A program made the translations under genes and the position numbers. The notes under the pieces are model-generated. The model saw only the letters and a program-made list of their open reading frames with translations, was not told where the DNA came from and made no database searches. From the IMG/VR virus record IMGVR_UViG_3300028045_000012, positions 1,558 through 65,557 of that record: a stretch of DNA of 64,000 bases; one strand, given 5' to 3'. Every line of letters begins with the position of its first letter. The first letter of the stretch is position 1. This DNA is from a virus (taxonomy: Duplodnaviria; Caudoviricetes). Shown here piece after piece: positions 30,534-40,651 of the stretch.

Positions 30534-31167
30534 AATTTTTATCTATTATCTATTATCTATTATATCACCTTCAGAAGTTTCATAATATATTCTATTACCC
30601 TTATCATCATATTTTTGTATCTCCCACCAACCATCAGAATCTTCCCAATATATTCTATTACCCTTATCATCATTTTCCCTTTTCTCCCAATAACCATTAG
30701 AATCTTCATGATATATCAGATTACCATTATCATCATATTCAAATCTACTCCAAAAATCATTAGAATTTTCAAAATATATTTCATTTCCATTTTCATCATA
30801 TTCTTTTTTTACCCAATAACCATCAGAATTTTCATAATATATTTCATTTCCATTTTCATCATATTCTCTTTTTGCCCAATAACCATTAGAATTTTCCCAA
30901 TATACCCTATTGTCATTTTCATCATAAATATCACCTACTTTGTAGACATAGCTAAAAGAGTGACCTTCACCAAATATATTTTTTAATATATATAATTGAT
31001 CATCCTCATCAGTTATATCCCAAAATCCTCCATTATTTTTTTCATACATATTACTAAAATATGGTATTTCAATAATAGAAGATATCTTATCCAAGAATCT
31101 ATAATATTTATCAGATTTATTTATTTCTTCCCTAAGTATTTTACGTATTAATTTTTTCATAATTTTT
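30336..31167. repeat. About 205-bp near-identical duplication of the 5' ends of paralogues 1 and 2 (30336-30540 / 30963-31167)
   Basis: First 66 aa almost identical; DNA nearly identical. Confidence 0.9.
30546..31160 (-). CDS. Leader-bearing 21-aa repeat protein, paralogue 2
   Basis: 6 repeat units; ends IIDNR. Confidence 0.85.
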   Translation of the reverse strand: MKKLIRKILREEINKSDKYYRFLDKISSIIEIPYFSNMYEKNNGGFWDITDEDDQLYILKNIFGEGHSFSYVYKVGDIYDENDNRVYWENSNGYWAKREYDENGNEIYYENSDGYWVKKEYDENGNEIYFENSNDFWSRFEYDDNGNLIYHEDSNGYWEKRENDDKGNRIYWEDSDGWWEIQKYDDKGNRIYYETSEGDIIDNR

Positions 31168-31637
31168 TATCTTCTATCATCAATATAACCATCAGATTCT
31201 TCAAAATATATTACATTACCTTTATCATTATATTCCCTTTTCACCCAATAACCAGAAGAATCTTCATAATATATTATATTACCCTTATCATCATTTTCCC
31301 TTTTCTCCCAATAACCATTAGAACGTTTAAAATATATCAGATTACCATTATCATCATATTCCCATTTCACCCAATAACCATTATCATCTTCATCATATAC
31401 CCTTTTATCGTTATTATCATTGTAGATATATCTCCTGAGTTCTTCATAAAAGTAGATATCATAACCATATATCTTCTTCATTATATATAACTGATCGTCC
31501 TTATCATATATGGTTAATCCTTCCATTGATTTAAAATAAGGTAAATCAACATGATCAGATATTATATCTAATCTACGATAATGTTTTTCAGATTTATTTA
31601 TTTCTTCCCTTAATATTTTACGTATTAATTTTTTCAT
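31167..31637 (-). CDS. Leader-bearing 21-aa repeat protein, paralogue 3
   Basis: About 4 units; N-domain shared with 51061..51576; TATTTAT motif at 31651-31657. Confidence 0.85.
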   Translation of the reverse strand: MKKLIRKILREEINKSEKHYRRLDIISDHVDLPYFKSMEGLTIYDKDDQLYIMKKIYGYDIYFYEELRRYIYNDNNDKRVYDEDDNGYWVKWEYDDNGNLIYFKRSNGYWEKRENDDKGNIIYYEDSSGYWVKREYNDKGNVIYFEESDGYIDDRR

Positions 31638-31664
31638 ATACTTTTATTATATAAATATTATTAA

Positions 31665-31699
31665 AAATAAAAAACCCCCCTAAATATTTTAGGAGGGTT
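31665..31699 (-). terminator. Intrinsic terminator after the tail sheath gene
   Basis: Minus strand AACCCTCCTAAA-ATA-TTTAGGGGGGTT followed by a T tract. Confidence 0.75.
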
Positions 31700-31728
31700 A
31701 AATATACAAATTATTTTAATAAATTTTA

Positions 31729-34575
31729 TTAAATATCATCAAAACTTGCCCCTGTATTTGTAATATTAAACTCAATTGAAATGAATTCCAAAGACCTTGT
31801 TGGTTTTATGAAAATCCTACCATTAAGTTCGTTTCTATCAATTGATTCAGGTGTATCATCCAATACAACTCTAAAATCAGTTAATCCTCTCTCCTTTCTA
31901 ATATTATCTAAAATTGGATTAACTAAACTTAAGAACTGATTTCTAACAACATCATCATTTTGTTCAAATAATAATCTGATGGATACTGCGGAAATAAGTT
32001 TTCTTGCCTGTAATAATAATCTTCTGACATTAATTCTATTAAGTGCAGTTTCTTTTACTTGTAAAGTTTTATTACCAAATATAACCACACCAACATCTGA
32101 AAATGTTGCCATTGGATTAATTCTACCCTCATATAAATCATCTCTATCCGCCAATTTAAGTTTAACTCTTGCCTTAATTGCGTTTGTAACACCTCTATTT
32201 AATCCTGCCGAGGCAAACCAAGGAAATGCGATGTTATCCGTTAATGCGATGTTTCTAACAACTTCTAACGTAGGTGGTAACCATACGTATCTGTTGTTTT
32301 CTGTATCATTCATCTGTAACCAAGGCCAATACGTTGCCGAATAATTAGAATCAATTGCCGAATCCTCAATTATATCAATTGCCTCGCCAACTGTTAAGGC
32401 AACACCATCATCATCAGTATCAGGTGTATTAATAATGTAAAGTGAATCCGCCCTATCAACTTCAACCATATCAACTGCGTTTTCTATTAATCCAGGTTGG
32501 TCCCTTAAATCTAAACCTGGTGTTGCGAATACATTTATATTTACTGCCTCAGGATTATTATACGTGTATATACCATTTAGGAATGCGTAATAATCAGAAT
32601 TAATTCCATCATCACCTTCACTAGTAACATAATTTGAGAAAACACCTGTCGAGTTTAATCCTAAAGACCCCAAAGTACCAGTTTTAGTATATGTGTCTTT
32701 ATTAGTTCTCTCAGTCCTATATTCATCCCATCCATCCCATCCACCAAAAGGTGCAAATGTGAATTTTCTTGCCGCCAATTTATCATATGGTCCGCCAACT
32801 ATACTAGAGTTTGAAGTGAATGCGGATACACCAACTTGTAATGTCGGTACATAACTATTAACACCTAATTCTACTTTTGCCCCATTTGCGTTAACATCTA
32901 AATGGAAACCATCCGTTTTACCAGTATATGCACCATTATTAACTGCGTTTAATCCTTTATAATCAAAGAAATCTTGGTCAACACCTATAGAACTATTTAA
33001 ACCTAAATATGTTTTTCTTAATTTAGATGTGTTAAAATCAGTGTATTGTGTTTTATATTCTATCTTAGGTGGTAATGCGGTACTATCACCAATATAAGTT
33101 CTATTTAAAACACCTTCAAAACCCGCAGGGAAATGGTTAGGTAAGTCAGGATCATTTTGATCGTATAACTCAACCATTATATATTTACTCCTTAATGGAT
33201 ATTCCCCATCACTAGTACCAATTTTTCTTGCGATAAACCCAGTTGATGTACTATCTAAAGAAAGTGAAGAATATTTTTCAACTACTGAAAGATTTGTGTC
33301 AGTATCATTAAACTTCCTTATTAATAAATCAAATGTTTTTTCATCAGGTTTAACATTAATAATTGAAAATTTAACATCCTCATTTGCCGAATTACCATCA
33401 GAAATAGTTATAAATCTAAATAATCTTTGTAATGTTGCCCCGGCACCTACACCTTTTAATTCAGAAAGAACCCAAGGCGATGCGGCAGATTTCCATATTT
33501 CTTTATAATTATTTAAATTATTTGTTATTGTAGAACCAATATTTACAAATGTAGTATCTAAACCTCTTACTTTTTCCGCAGATATTAAATCCTCTAATAC
33601 ATTACTATAAAGTTCTTCAACCCACAATTCTGTTTCTTTATCTTGTGTTGAACTCCCAAATACTCTAGGTAAAAAATTCTTTTTAGTTTTATCTAAAGAT
33701 ACATCATATGTAAATGATGAACCATTACTTGAAGTACCTGTTACACTAAAAGATTTTTTTGCATCACTTTTAATGTTTGTTATATTAGACATACCGGTAT
33801 CAGTTGATCCTGTTACATCGTATACTAAATCTTCAGAACCACCATAAGTACCCCTTGACCTAAGTGTTGCGATAACACTACCATCAATGTCTGTATAACA
33901 AGTCGCACTATAGTTAACAACTGTACCCGATGTTACACCCGTTACAAATAAACCTGAAGTACCTTGTTCTATTACTTCCATATCGAAAGTCGCCCCACTA
34001 AAATCACAATTAGTTTTAACATATTTTTGTGATGTAAGTGAAATTGTATCTCCCGTTACTTTTAAACCTAAAGATGTAAATAAATCACTTATTTGGTCAT
34101 CATTATATAATGCCTCTAAATTAGAGTTTGACCAATCTAAAGTAACTGGTGTCCCCCCTGTTGATGCGGTATATGTTAATAAAGGGTTAACACTATCAGT
34201 TCCCGTAGTTCCTACCGTAGAAGGATCTTCGGAAGAATCTAATGTAATACACCAGGCGTTTCCTGCGTCATATCCTGATAACCCCAATACTCTACTTACA
34301 TAAAGTTGATTAGTTTGAGTTAAAAAAGATTTCGCAATGTAATTTAATTCAAATTTTTGGTAACCCGTACCTTTGAATTTTTCTGGATTTAAAGTTCCAA
34401 AATAACTTGTAAATTCATCATAGTTTGAAATAAAAACGGGTTCAAACGCAGGACCCTTTGGTGTTTCACCTAATAACCCTAATGTTGTAACCCCTACTTG
34501 TCTTGTCACAAATGTTAAATCCTTTTCAGATGTAAACACACCAGGACTAACAAAAATTCTATCTGTTGATGCCAT
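31729..34575 (-). CDS. Contractile tail sheath protein (gp18-like)
   Basis: FVSPGVFTSEKD, KGPAFEP, ATYWPW, PWFASAGLNRG, GNKTLQ, RINVRRLL, LFEQND, KPTRSLEFI. Confidence 0.95.
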   Translation of the reverse strand: MASTDRIFVSPGVFTSEKDLTFVTRQVGVTTLGLLGETPKGPAFEPVFISNYDEFTSYFGTLNPEKFKGTGYQKFELNYIAKSFLTQTNQLYVSRVLGLSGYDAGNAWCITLDSSEDPSTVGTTGTDSVNPLLTYTASTGGTPVTLDWSNSNLEALYNDDQISDLFTSLGLKVTGDTISLTSQKYVKTNCDFSGATFDMEVIEQGTSGLFVTGVTSGTVVNYSATCYTDIDGSVIATLRSRGTYGGSEDLVYDVTGSTDTGMSNITNIKSDAKKSFSVTGTSSNGSSFTYDVSLDKTKKNFLPRVFGSSTQDKETELWVEELYSNVLEDLISAEKVRGLDTTFVNIGSTITNNLNNYKEIWKSAASPWVLSELKGVGAGATLQRLFRFITISDGNSANEDVKFSIINVKPDEKTFDLLIRKFNDTDTNLSVVEKYSSLSLDSTSTGFIARKIGTSDGEYPLRSKYIMVELYDQNDPDLPNHFPAGFEGVLNRTYIGDSTALPPKIEYKTQYTDFNTSKLRKTYLGLNSSIGVDQDFFDYKGLNAVNNGAYTGKTDGFHLDVNANGAKVELGVNSYVPTLQVGVSAFTSNSSIVGGPYDKLAARKFTFAPFGGWDGWDEYRTERTNKDTYTKTGTLGSLGLNSTGVFSNYVTSEGDDGINSDYYAFLNGIYTYNNPEAVNINVFATPGLDLRDQPGLIENAVDMVEVDRADSLYIINTPDTDDDGVALTVGEAIDIIEDSAIDSNYSATYWPWLQMNDTENNRYVWLPPTLEVVRNIALTDNIAFPWFASAGLNRGVTNAIKARVKLKLADRDDLYEGRINPMATFSDVGVVIFGNKTLQVKETALNRINVRRLLLQARKLISAVSIRLLFEQNDDVVRNQFLSLVNPILDNIRKERGLTDFRVVLDDTPESIDRNELNGRIFIKPTRSLEFISIEFNITNTGASFDDI

Positions 34576-34671
34576 TAATTATTTATTTTTAGTTAATATT
34601 ATTATTTTCTTTTTATATAAATATATCGTATTTCTTAAAAAAATTTTATTTTAATATAATTAAATAAAAAT

Positions 34672-34702
34672 AGTATGTTTTTTTTATTACTTTTATCATA
34701 CT
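34672..34702. promoter_or_regulatory. Possible operator for the small RHH gene
   Basis: AGTATG-N19-CATACT inverted repeat between a TATAAT (34655-34660) and the ATG at 34715. Confidence 0.35.
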
Positions 34703-34714
34703 TATTTAAAAAAG

Positions 34715-34867
34715 ATGATGAAAAGAGATAAAAATTTGAAGATAACATCACAAACACATAAAATTCTAAAAGATTATTGTGAAGAAAATGGTTTGAAAAT
34801 GTTTGCGTTTGTTGAAAAGATTATTAAAAAAACATGTCTAAAACCAAAAGATATTTACGGAGAATGA
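34715..34867 (+). CDS. Ribbon-helix-helix DNA-binding protein, 50 aa (not in ORF track)
   Basis: MMKRDKNLKITSQTHKILKDYCEENGLKMFAFVEKIIKKTCLKPKDIYGE: beta-strand KNLKI, helix, G turn, helix. Confidence 0.7.
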   Translation: MMKRDKNLKITSQTHKILKDYCEENGLKMFAFVEKIIKKTCLKPKDIYGE

Positions 34868-35779
34868 TCACCAATCTACTAATGTGTTTGTTGCAGATTT
34901 AAACCCAAAATTATATAATTTTCTTAATTTTGTGGGGTTTGTATCGTATAATTCTTTTATGATATAAGGTATAAATATTTGTTTATTTTTTATTGTTCTT
35001 TTTTCCCTACCAGATATTAATTCTAATAAGTATTTTTCTTCTATTTCATCTTTTTTACTTATTTCTATTGCATCTATATCAGTAAGTCTTGTAAATACAC
35101 TTATCATATTATGATCTGACCAATCACTATCTAATATATGTTCATAATTTTGTGGTCTTGCGAAAACTGAAATGACTTCTGTTATATTTGAAATGTTTTC
35201 TAACATCCAAGGTGATAATATATGGTTCCTAACACCACCATCATATAAAATCATATTTTTAAAATGTACCCCCTCAACTGCCAATGGTATACTCGCAGAG
35301 GCGTTAATTAATAGTAAAAAATCATCATAACTATATTTTTTATCTTTAATGTTTATTATGAATCTACTACCAGTTTTAAAATCTACTGAACCAATCCATA
35401 CATTGGGGAACTCACCTTCTTGATACCTTATAAAATCTTCCTTAGATACTATTCTACTAATAGTTAATGGTAGATTATTTTGAGTGCCAAAAGAAGATCT
35501 CCCAAATAACGCCCTAAACTTAGCAGTAATACTTATTTTGTTTTTTTTATTAATAGGGATACTATCAAATATATCGTCAATGGTAAATATTTGTGTGAAT
35601 TCTCTAAGTATATCCCATTTACGTAAGGCAATTGGTATACCTAAAATACCCCCAGAACTTATACCACTAATGTCTGTAGGTCTATAACCTAAAACATTAA
35701 ATATATAATCACATGCACCGGCAAGACCAGAGATCTTTGTTCCTGCCCCTGATAAGTTAAGTATTTTTCTATTTTCCAA
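34868..35779 (-). CDS. Patatin-like phospholipase
   Basis: LSGAGTK Gly loop, GISSG (GxSxG) nucleophile, ASASIP, YDGG catalytic Asp. Confidence 0.9.
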   Translation of the reverse strand: MENRKILNLSGAGTKISGLAGACDYIFNVLGYRPTDISGISSGGILGIPIALRKWDILREFTQIFTIDDIFDSIPINKKNKISITAKFRALFGRSSFGTQNNLPLTISRIVSKEDFIRYQEGEFPNVWIGSVDFKTGSRFIINIKDKKYSYDDFLLLINASASIPLAVEGVHFKNMILYDGGVRNHILSPWMLENISNITEVISVFARPQNYEHILDSDWSDHNMISVFTRLTDIDAIEISKKDEIEEKYLLELISGREKRTIKNKQIFIPYIIKELYDTNPTKLRKLYNFGFKSATNTLVDW

Positions 35780-35822
35780 TTATAATTGTTTTATAATATA
35801 AAACGAAAAATGTATAAAAATG

Positions 35823-36080
35823 TTAATATAAATCATATATATCGTCATACCAAATCTTTTTACCCATTTCCTTTTGATATTCTTTTAACAAAATTAACAC
35901 ATTTTTGTAGGGTTCGTGTTCTAATTTTGTTTTACCTTTTTCATCATACCATTTAGTGAATTCCATAGGTGAGATAAAAAGCCTAAGTAAATTACTGTTT
36001 TCATCATTTAAATAAACATGGTATATTCCATGTTTACATATTCTGTAGCGTAAAATTTCTAAGTTTTCATAGTTTACCAT
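35823..36080 (-). CDS. Hypothetical protein
   Basis: 85-aa ORF. Confidence 0.6.
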   Translation of the reverse strand: MVNYENLEILRYRICKHGIYHVYLNDENSNLLRLFISPMEFTKWYDEKGKTKLEHEPYKNVLILLKEYQKEMGKKIWYDDIYDLY

Positions 36081-36185
36081 AGTTAAAGTTTTTATTTATT
36101 TTGTGTAATACTTTCTATATCGTTAACCGTATTTAATTTCTCTAAACTAAATGTTAATGAATATTTCCATTTATAATTTCCATAT

Positions 36186-36887
36186 TTATTTCTTTATATA
36201 TAAAAATTGTTTCTCACCACCGAACAATAAAACCTTTTCTACCATATTATGTTTATTAGCGTTGTTTATTATTAATTGTCTGCATTCCCCTAACTTATGA
36301 ACAAGTTTTGCACCATTAATCATATGTTCATGAAATACTGAACCCACTTTCATTCCTTTAAAAACCTTATTATACATATTATCAATATCCTCTAATTTTT
36401 TAAAGGGTTGGTAGGTTAGGATTAAATCATAACTAGATAAATCACATTCCATAACATCTTTTGATCCAATACTTAATTTATTATCAACCCAAAATTGTGA
36501 TAAGTGTTTAGTAATTAATTTTAATAATTCTTCATTATGGTCAACACCATAAAAATCACCTTTTATTTCGTAATTTTTAAATTGTAAGTTTAAATTATAT
36601 AATGTAGTACACAGACCACACCCTAAATCAATAACCTTCATATTATTTTTTAATATCCCACTATTCCATAATGATTCCACCATCCCATAATATTTACGTT
36701 GTACCCCCTCAATATACTCAAAATTGATATCTGATTTTTCCACAAGTAACTTATCTGGATTTATTGCATCAGCGATTATAGAATATTTTTTTACTGTGGC
36801 ATTAAGATGGTCACCCCAATATATGTGGTCAACCATAGAACTTGTGCTAACGCTTCGGGAATTCTCCGATGTGACTATTGTTTCCAT
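36186..36887 (-). CDS. Class I SAM-dependent methyltransferase
   Basis: VIDLGCG motif I, FYGVD motif II, YDLI, MKVGS. Confidence 0.8.
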   Translation of the reverse strand: METIVTSENSRSVSTSSMVDHIYWGDHLNATVKKYSIIADAINPDKLLVEKSDINFEYIEGVQRKYYGMVESLWNSGILKNNMKVIDLGCGLCTTLYNLNLQFKNYEIKGDFYGVDHNEELLKLITKHLSQFWVDNKLSIGSKDVMECDLSSYDLILTYQPFKKLEDIDNMYNKVFKGMKVGSVFHEHMINGAKLVHKLGECRQLIINNANKHNMVEKVLLFGGEKQFLYIKK

Positions 36888-37003
36888 TTAATTTCTTTTA
36901 TTTATAATAAAAATAATAAGAGTTTTCAAAGAATAAATAGTTAAATTAAAAAAGACATCTATGGTGACTACTTAAATTAATCACCCTAATTTACTAATAG
37001 ATG

Positions 37004-37216
37004 TTAAATACTTTTCCACCACGCTGTAATATTGGCATAATTAAATCCTTTATTTAACTCTATTAGTCGTTGAAGTACTTCATCAGAAGTGAGGTACTGC
37101 TCAACATATACTTCATCTTTGAAACTGGTAATAGAAATCGTTAAATTAACCTTATCTATACCAACTTCTTGTATAGTAACCACTTTTGTGGTGTCTTTTA
37201 TTAATGCGTATTTCAT
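37004..37216 (-). CDS. Hypothetical protein
   Basis: 70-aa ORF downstream of the fibre cluster. Confidence 0.55.
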   Translation of the reverse strand: MKYALIKDTTKVVTIQEVGIDKVNLTISITSFKDEVYVEQYLTSDEVLQRLIELNKGFNYANITAWWKSI

Positions 37217-37236
37217 CTTATTATATTTTATTTATA

Positions 37237-38562
37237 TTATTCTTCATACCCATTTAAAATGCCAACTATTTCGTTAGTTCCAGATACCGTATCAACATAC
37301 ACACCAGTATCAAATTCTAAAGGTTCTGTAAATGTGTGACTATTAACAAGTGAAGCGGTAACTTTATTACCAGGGTCTGCTAACACCATTGGATATATTA
37401 TAGGTGTTGCCCCAACAAGAGTATCAACCAAGTTCACCCTAGCAGAAGAGACTGCACTATTCTCAATAAAAATAACCAAATCAGTTATAAATAATGTTTT
37501 ACCCGCAGTAACGGTATGTATCAAAGTGTCAGTGTTACTGATATCTATAACTATTTTGACAGGAACTCTACCAGGTAATTGAGATGGTCTAGCACCACTT
37601 ACTACATGTAAGTTATGATATGTACCATCGTCATTAGTTGTTTCAGCAACATTTACATTTTTAAACGTGGAACCTACTTCACCAGCAATAACATTTCTAC
37701 CTAAGTTAGCTACCATAGCTGGAGATATGAACGCATCAAGACCTAATAATTGACCACTTAAAGCCTTAGTTAATAATTTAGTTTCATAAAATAGTTGTGT
37801 TGTTGTACCAGTACCAGTATTTTCAAAACTGTAGTGAACATAAGGTGTAAATGCTGGTGCCGCATAGAGTTGAAACCCATTGGATGAACTATAAGGTACT
37901 GAAAGATATCTTTCCACCCCATTAGCACCAACAGTAGTTCCACTACAATCTGAAGTAGAACAAAATTTAAACCCTAAAGTACCATCTTGGTCTGAAATGA
38001 TATGTGTTTGTACTTGTGTGTATCCTTGAGCATCTATCACATCAGAACTAAAGGTAATACCAGTTGCGATATTATCAGTTGTTTGAAACGCAACACCATC
38101 AATCTTAGCATTAGTGAATGAACCACTAGGGTTAGTACCAACTTGAATACTTCTACCCAATTCAGTCACCATTGCTGGTGCTATAAATGCATCAGTCGTT
38201 AATAGTTGTGGACTTATTGCTGTCGTTAAAATCTTTGTGGTGTAATAAAAATCCGTTTGAGTGACTACCCCATTATTCGTAAATTTGTATTCAATAAAGT
38301 TTCCAAAGGCTGGTGCTGCAAAGAATTGGTATCCATTTGCAGCCACATAAGGGATTGATAAACTCCTAACAACATCAGTAAGTCCAACATCAGAACAAAA
38401 TGAAATATCTATTGTACCATCGTGTGATGCTAATACCTCTGTTTGTACTTGAGAATAACCATTCACATTAACCGTTGTAGATGTAAAGGTTGCCCCACTT
38501 GCTAATGGTGTTGTTGTTACAAATGCCGTAACTTCAGCATCTAAAGGTGGTGTATAACTCAT
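37237..38562 (-). CDS. Beta-rich virion protein with two tandem homologous domains
   Basis: GYSQVQT..DGT..FCS..LSIPY..AAPAF..DAFIAPAMV repeated twice. Confidence 0.6.
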   Translation of the reverse strand: MSYTPPLDAEVTAFVTTTPLASGATFTSTTVNVNGYSQVQTEVLASHDGTIDISFCSDVGLTDVVRSLSIPYVAANGYQFFAAPAFGNFIEYKFTNNGVVTQTDFYYTTKILTTAISPQLLTTDAFIAPAMVTELGRSIQVGTNPSGSFTNAKIDGVAFQTTDNIATGITFSSDVIDAQGYTQVQTHIISDQDGTLGFKFCSTSDCSGTTVGANGVERYLSVPYSSSNGFQLYAAPAFTPYVHYSFENTGTGTTTQLFYETKLLTKALSGQLLGLDAFISPAMVANLGRNVIAGEVGSTFKNVNVAETTNDDGTYHNLHVVSGARPSQLPGRVPVKIVIDISNTDTLIHTVTAGKTLFITDLVIFIENSAVSSARVNLVDTLVGATPIIYPMVLADPGNKVTASLVNSHTFTEPLEFDTGVYVDTVSGTNEIVGILNGYEE

Positions 38563-38590
38563 TTTATTTAATTTTTAATTTATTTTTTTA

Positions 38591-40651
38591 TTATATAATT
38601 ATCCAGTTTGAACCATCCGATTGAACCGTTCTACTTACATATTGTCTTTTAATATCAATGGTTGTCGAACCATTGATTGTCTGACCTAAAGTACCTTTTA
38701 ATGTTATTACCCCCGTACCACTATTCACAAGTGTATAAGGTGTTCCTTGGATACCTATCGCTGTTGGTAGATTTACTATGAATGTCCCACTAGTACAGTT
38801 TATGGTTTCATCAACTGCTGAAAAAGTGTCTGTGGATGTTATATTTCTTAAAGTAGTGGGTGTACTAGCAATACCTGTAAGGTTACTACCATCCCCATAT
38901 AATGTTCCACCAGAAATTGTTGTTGCTGATATTATACCATTAACCGTTAACCCAGTCATAGTATTAATTGTCACTGGGAATGTATCACCCACATTGTCAG
39001 ATATGGTTAATGTATTCGCATCGTCATATGTGAATCCTGTAATATAGGTGTTCATTCCAGATGGAATTGTGACATCTAATTTAATCTGATTTGTTGTTGG
39101 ATTTGAAAGTGTAACATTTGTGCCACCAGTTAACAATAATACGTCAGTACCATCATTTCTTGTTAATGTGGCTTGATTACTTGTAAATGTTGTTCCCGAT
39201 GTATAAGTATCCTCAAAAGGTAATGTATGTGGAACCCCTTCAGAGTTTTTGTATAATAACCCTATTGTCGCTGAATTTGTGTTATCAGTTGCTGGTATTG
39301 AAACAGTACCACCAGTAACGTATGTATCTAAACTTTCTATTATAGTAGTTAAGTTAGTACCACCACTAAGTATTGTAGTTGCATCTAAAGTTCCATTAAC
39401 TGTTAACCCACTCATTTGATTAATGGTAGTACTAAGTGAACCACCATTATCATCAGTTATAGTTAAAGTGTTGTTATTATTATATGTGAATCCTGTTGTG
39501 GTAATACCCACATCAGTTTTAACAACTTCTTGTGGTGTATCATTACCGTTACCAACCCATAAATAATCGGATGTTAAATTAGGTAAACCAGCGGTACGTG
39601 CGGTGTTAAATATAAATATTTGACCATTTGTAGTACCAACATTTAATATCTTAGCAACTCTTTGTATTTGAGTGTCTGAACCAGATGGTCTATTTTTTGT
39701 TAAACCACCATCAGATTTTGCAACATACAATACATCATTAACTTCCCAAGTTTCACTAAATGGGTTCAGTATGGTTGAACCACTTGTCGTATCCACACCA
39801 GATATTTTACCGAAGGTAACAATTGGGTAAACACCAGCGTTATCAAAATCTTCAGCAGTAAAACCAATTACTGGCATTGTAGAACCAGTTGTTGCGTTTG
39901 TTAGTTCAACTTCATGCAAATCACTGTCAAACCCAACAATATAAACTGGACACCCCTTATCAATAGTCCCAGCAGAACCTTTTTTACCCCATATTGTGAC
40001 ATCACCTAGATTACCATATTCTTCACCAGAAACCCACTGATTGGATACAGTATCAAAATATAATAATTCACCTTGATATGTGGCATCTGGGGTTGTGGGT
40101 ATGCTTGTTGTTACATCGTCTAAGTCGTTTAAAGTTAATCCCGTATAAGTGGTTGCGGATAAAGTATCTACAATCAAAGTACCATTAACCGTTAACCCTG
40201 TAACTGTATTAAATGAAGAATTTAAATCAACTCCATCATTTCTACTTATTGTAAATGTATTGGCGTTGTTGTATGTAAACCCTGTAATGAAGGTATTCAT
40301 AGATGGTGGTAAAGATACATCTATTTTTATTTGATTTGAAGATGGGTTAGAAAGTGTTACATTTGTTCCACCACTTAATTTAAATATATCTGTGGAATCG
40401 TTTCTTGTTAATATGGCTTCATTACTTGTAAATGTTGTACCAGTAACAAAAACATCAGTACTACCAGTAATACCACTTACTGGTCTATACTCTACCACAC
40501 CTGTAGAATTATTTCTTACAAGTATATCTGTTGCTAAACTATTAAGTGTTGGGGTTGTTGTAATATTAATGGTTTGTGCAGATAATACACCATTAACTTT
40601 AGAATCTCCTTCAGAGATAAACCCCTTTTTTATTTTAAATTCATTTCCCAT
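38591..40651 (-). CDS. Tail fibre / spike-like protein
   Basis: MGNEFKIKKG start; T/G/S-rich; repeated (F/Y)(V/I)TG.TY modules; C-terminal VNLPTAIG...SDGSNWIII. Confidence 0.7.
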   Translation of the reverse strand: MGNEFKIKKGFISEGDSKVNGVLSAQTINITTTPTLNSLATDILVRNNSTGVVEYRPVSGITGSTDVFVTGTTFTSNEAILTRNDSTDIFKLSGGTNVTLSNPSSNQIKIDVSLPPSMNTFITGFTYNNANTFTISRNDGVDLNSSFNTVTGLTVNGTLIVDTLSATTYTGLTLNDLDDVTTSIPTTPDATYQGELLYFDTVSNQWVSGEEYGNLGDVTIWGKKGSAGTIDKGCPVYIVGFDSDLHEVELTNATTGSTMPVIGFTAEDFDNAGVYPIVTFGKISGVDTTSGSTILNPFSETWEVNDVLYVAKSDGGLTKNRPSGSDTQIQRVAKILNVGTTNGQIFIFNTARTAGLPNLTSDYLWVGNGNDTPQEVVKTDVGITTTGFTYNNNNTLTITDDNGGSLSTTINQMSGLTVNGTLDATTILSGGTNLTTIIESLDTYVTGGTVSIPATDNTNSATIGLLYKNSEGVPHTLPFEDTYTSGTTFTSNQATLTRNDGTDVLLLTGGTNVTLSNPTTNQIKLDVTIPSGMNTYITGFTYDDANTLTISDNVGDTFPVTINTMTGLTVNGIISATTISGGTLYGDGSNLTGIASTPTTLRNITSTDTFSAVDETINCTSGTFIVNLPTAIGIQGTPYTLVNSGTGVITLKGTLGQTINGSTTIDIKRQYVSRTVQSDGSNWIII

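Noticed and set aside
29976-31637. Diversity-generating retroelement as the source of repeat variation
   Set aside because: No reverse transcriptase or non-coding template repeat in the window; invariant scaffold codons are adenine-rich (TAT, GAT, AAT, GAA) and differences are not confined to adenines. An RT elsewhere in the genome cannot be excluded.
34868-35779. Complete CBASS-like defence operon
   Set aside because: No CD-NTase, E1/E2 or JAB gene nearby.
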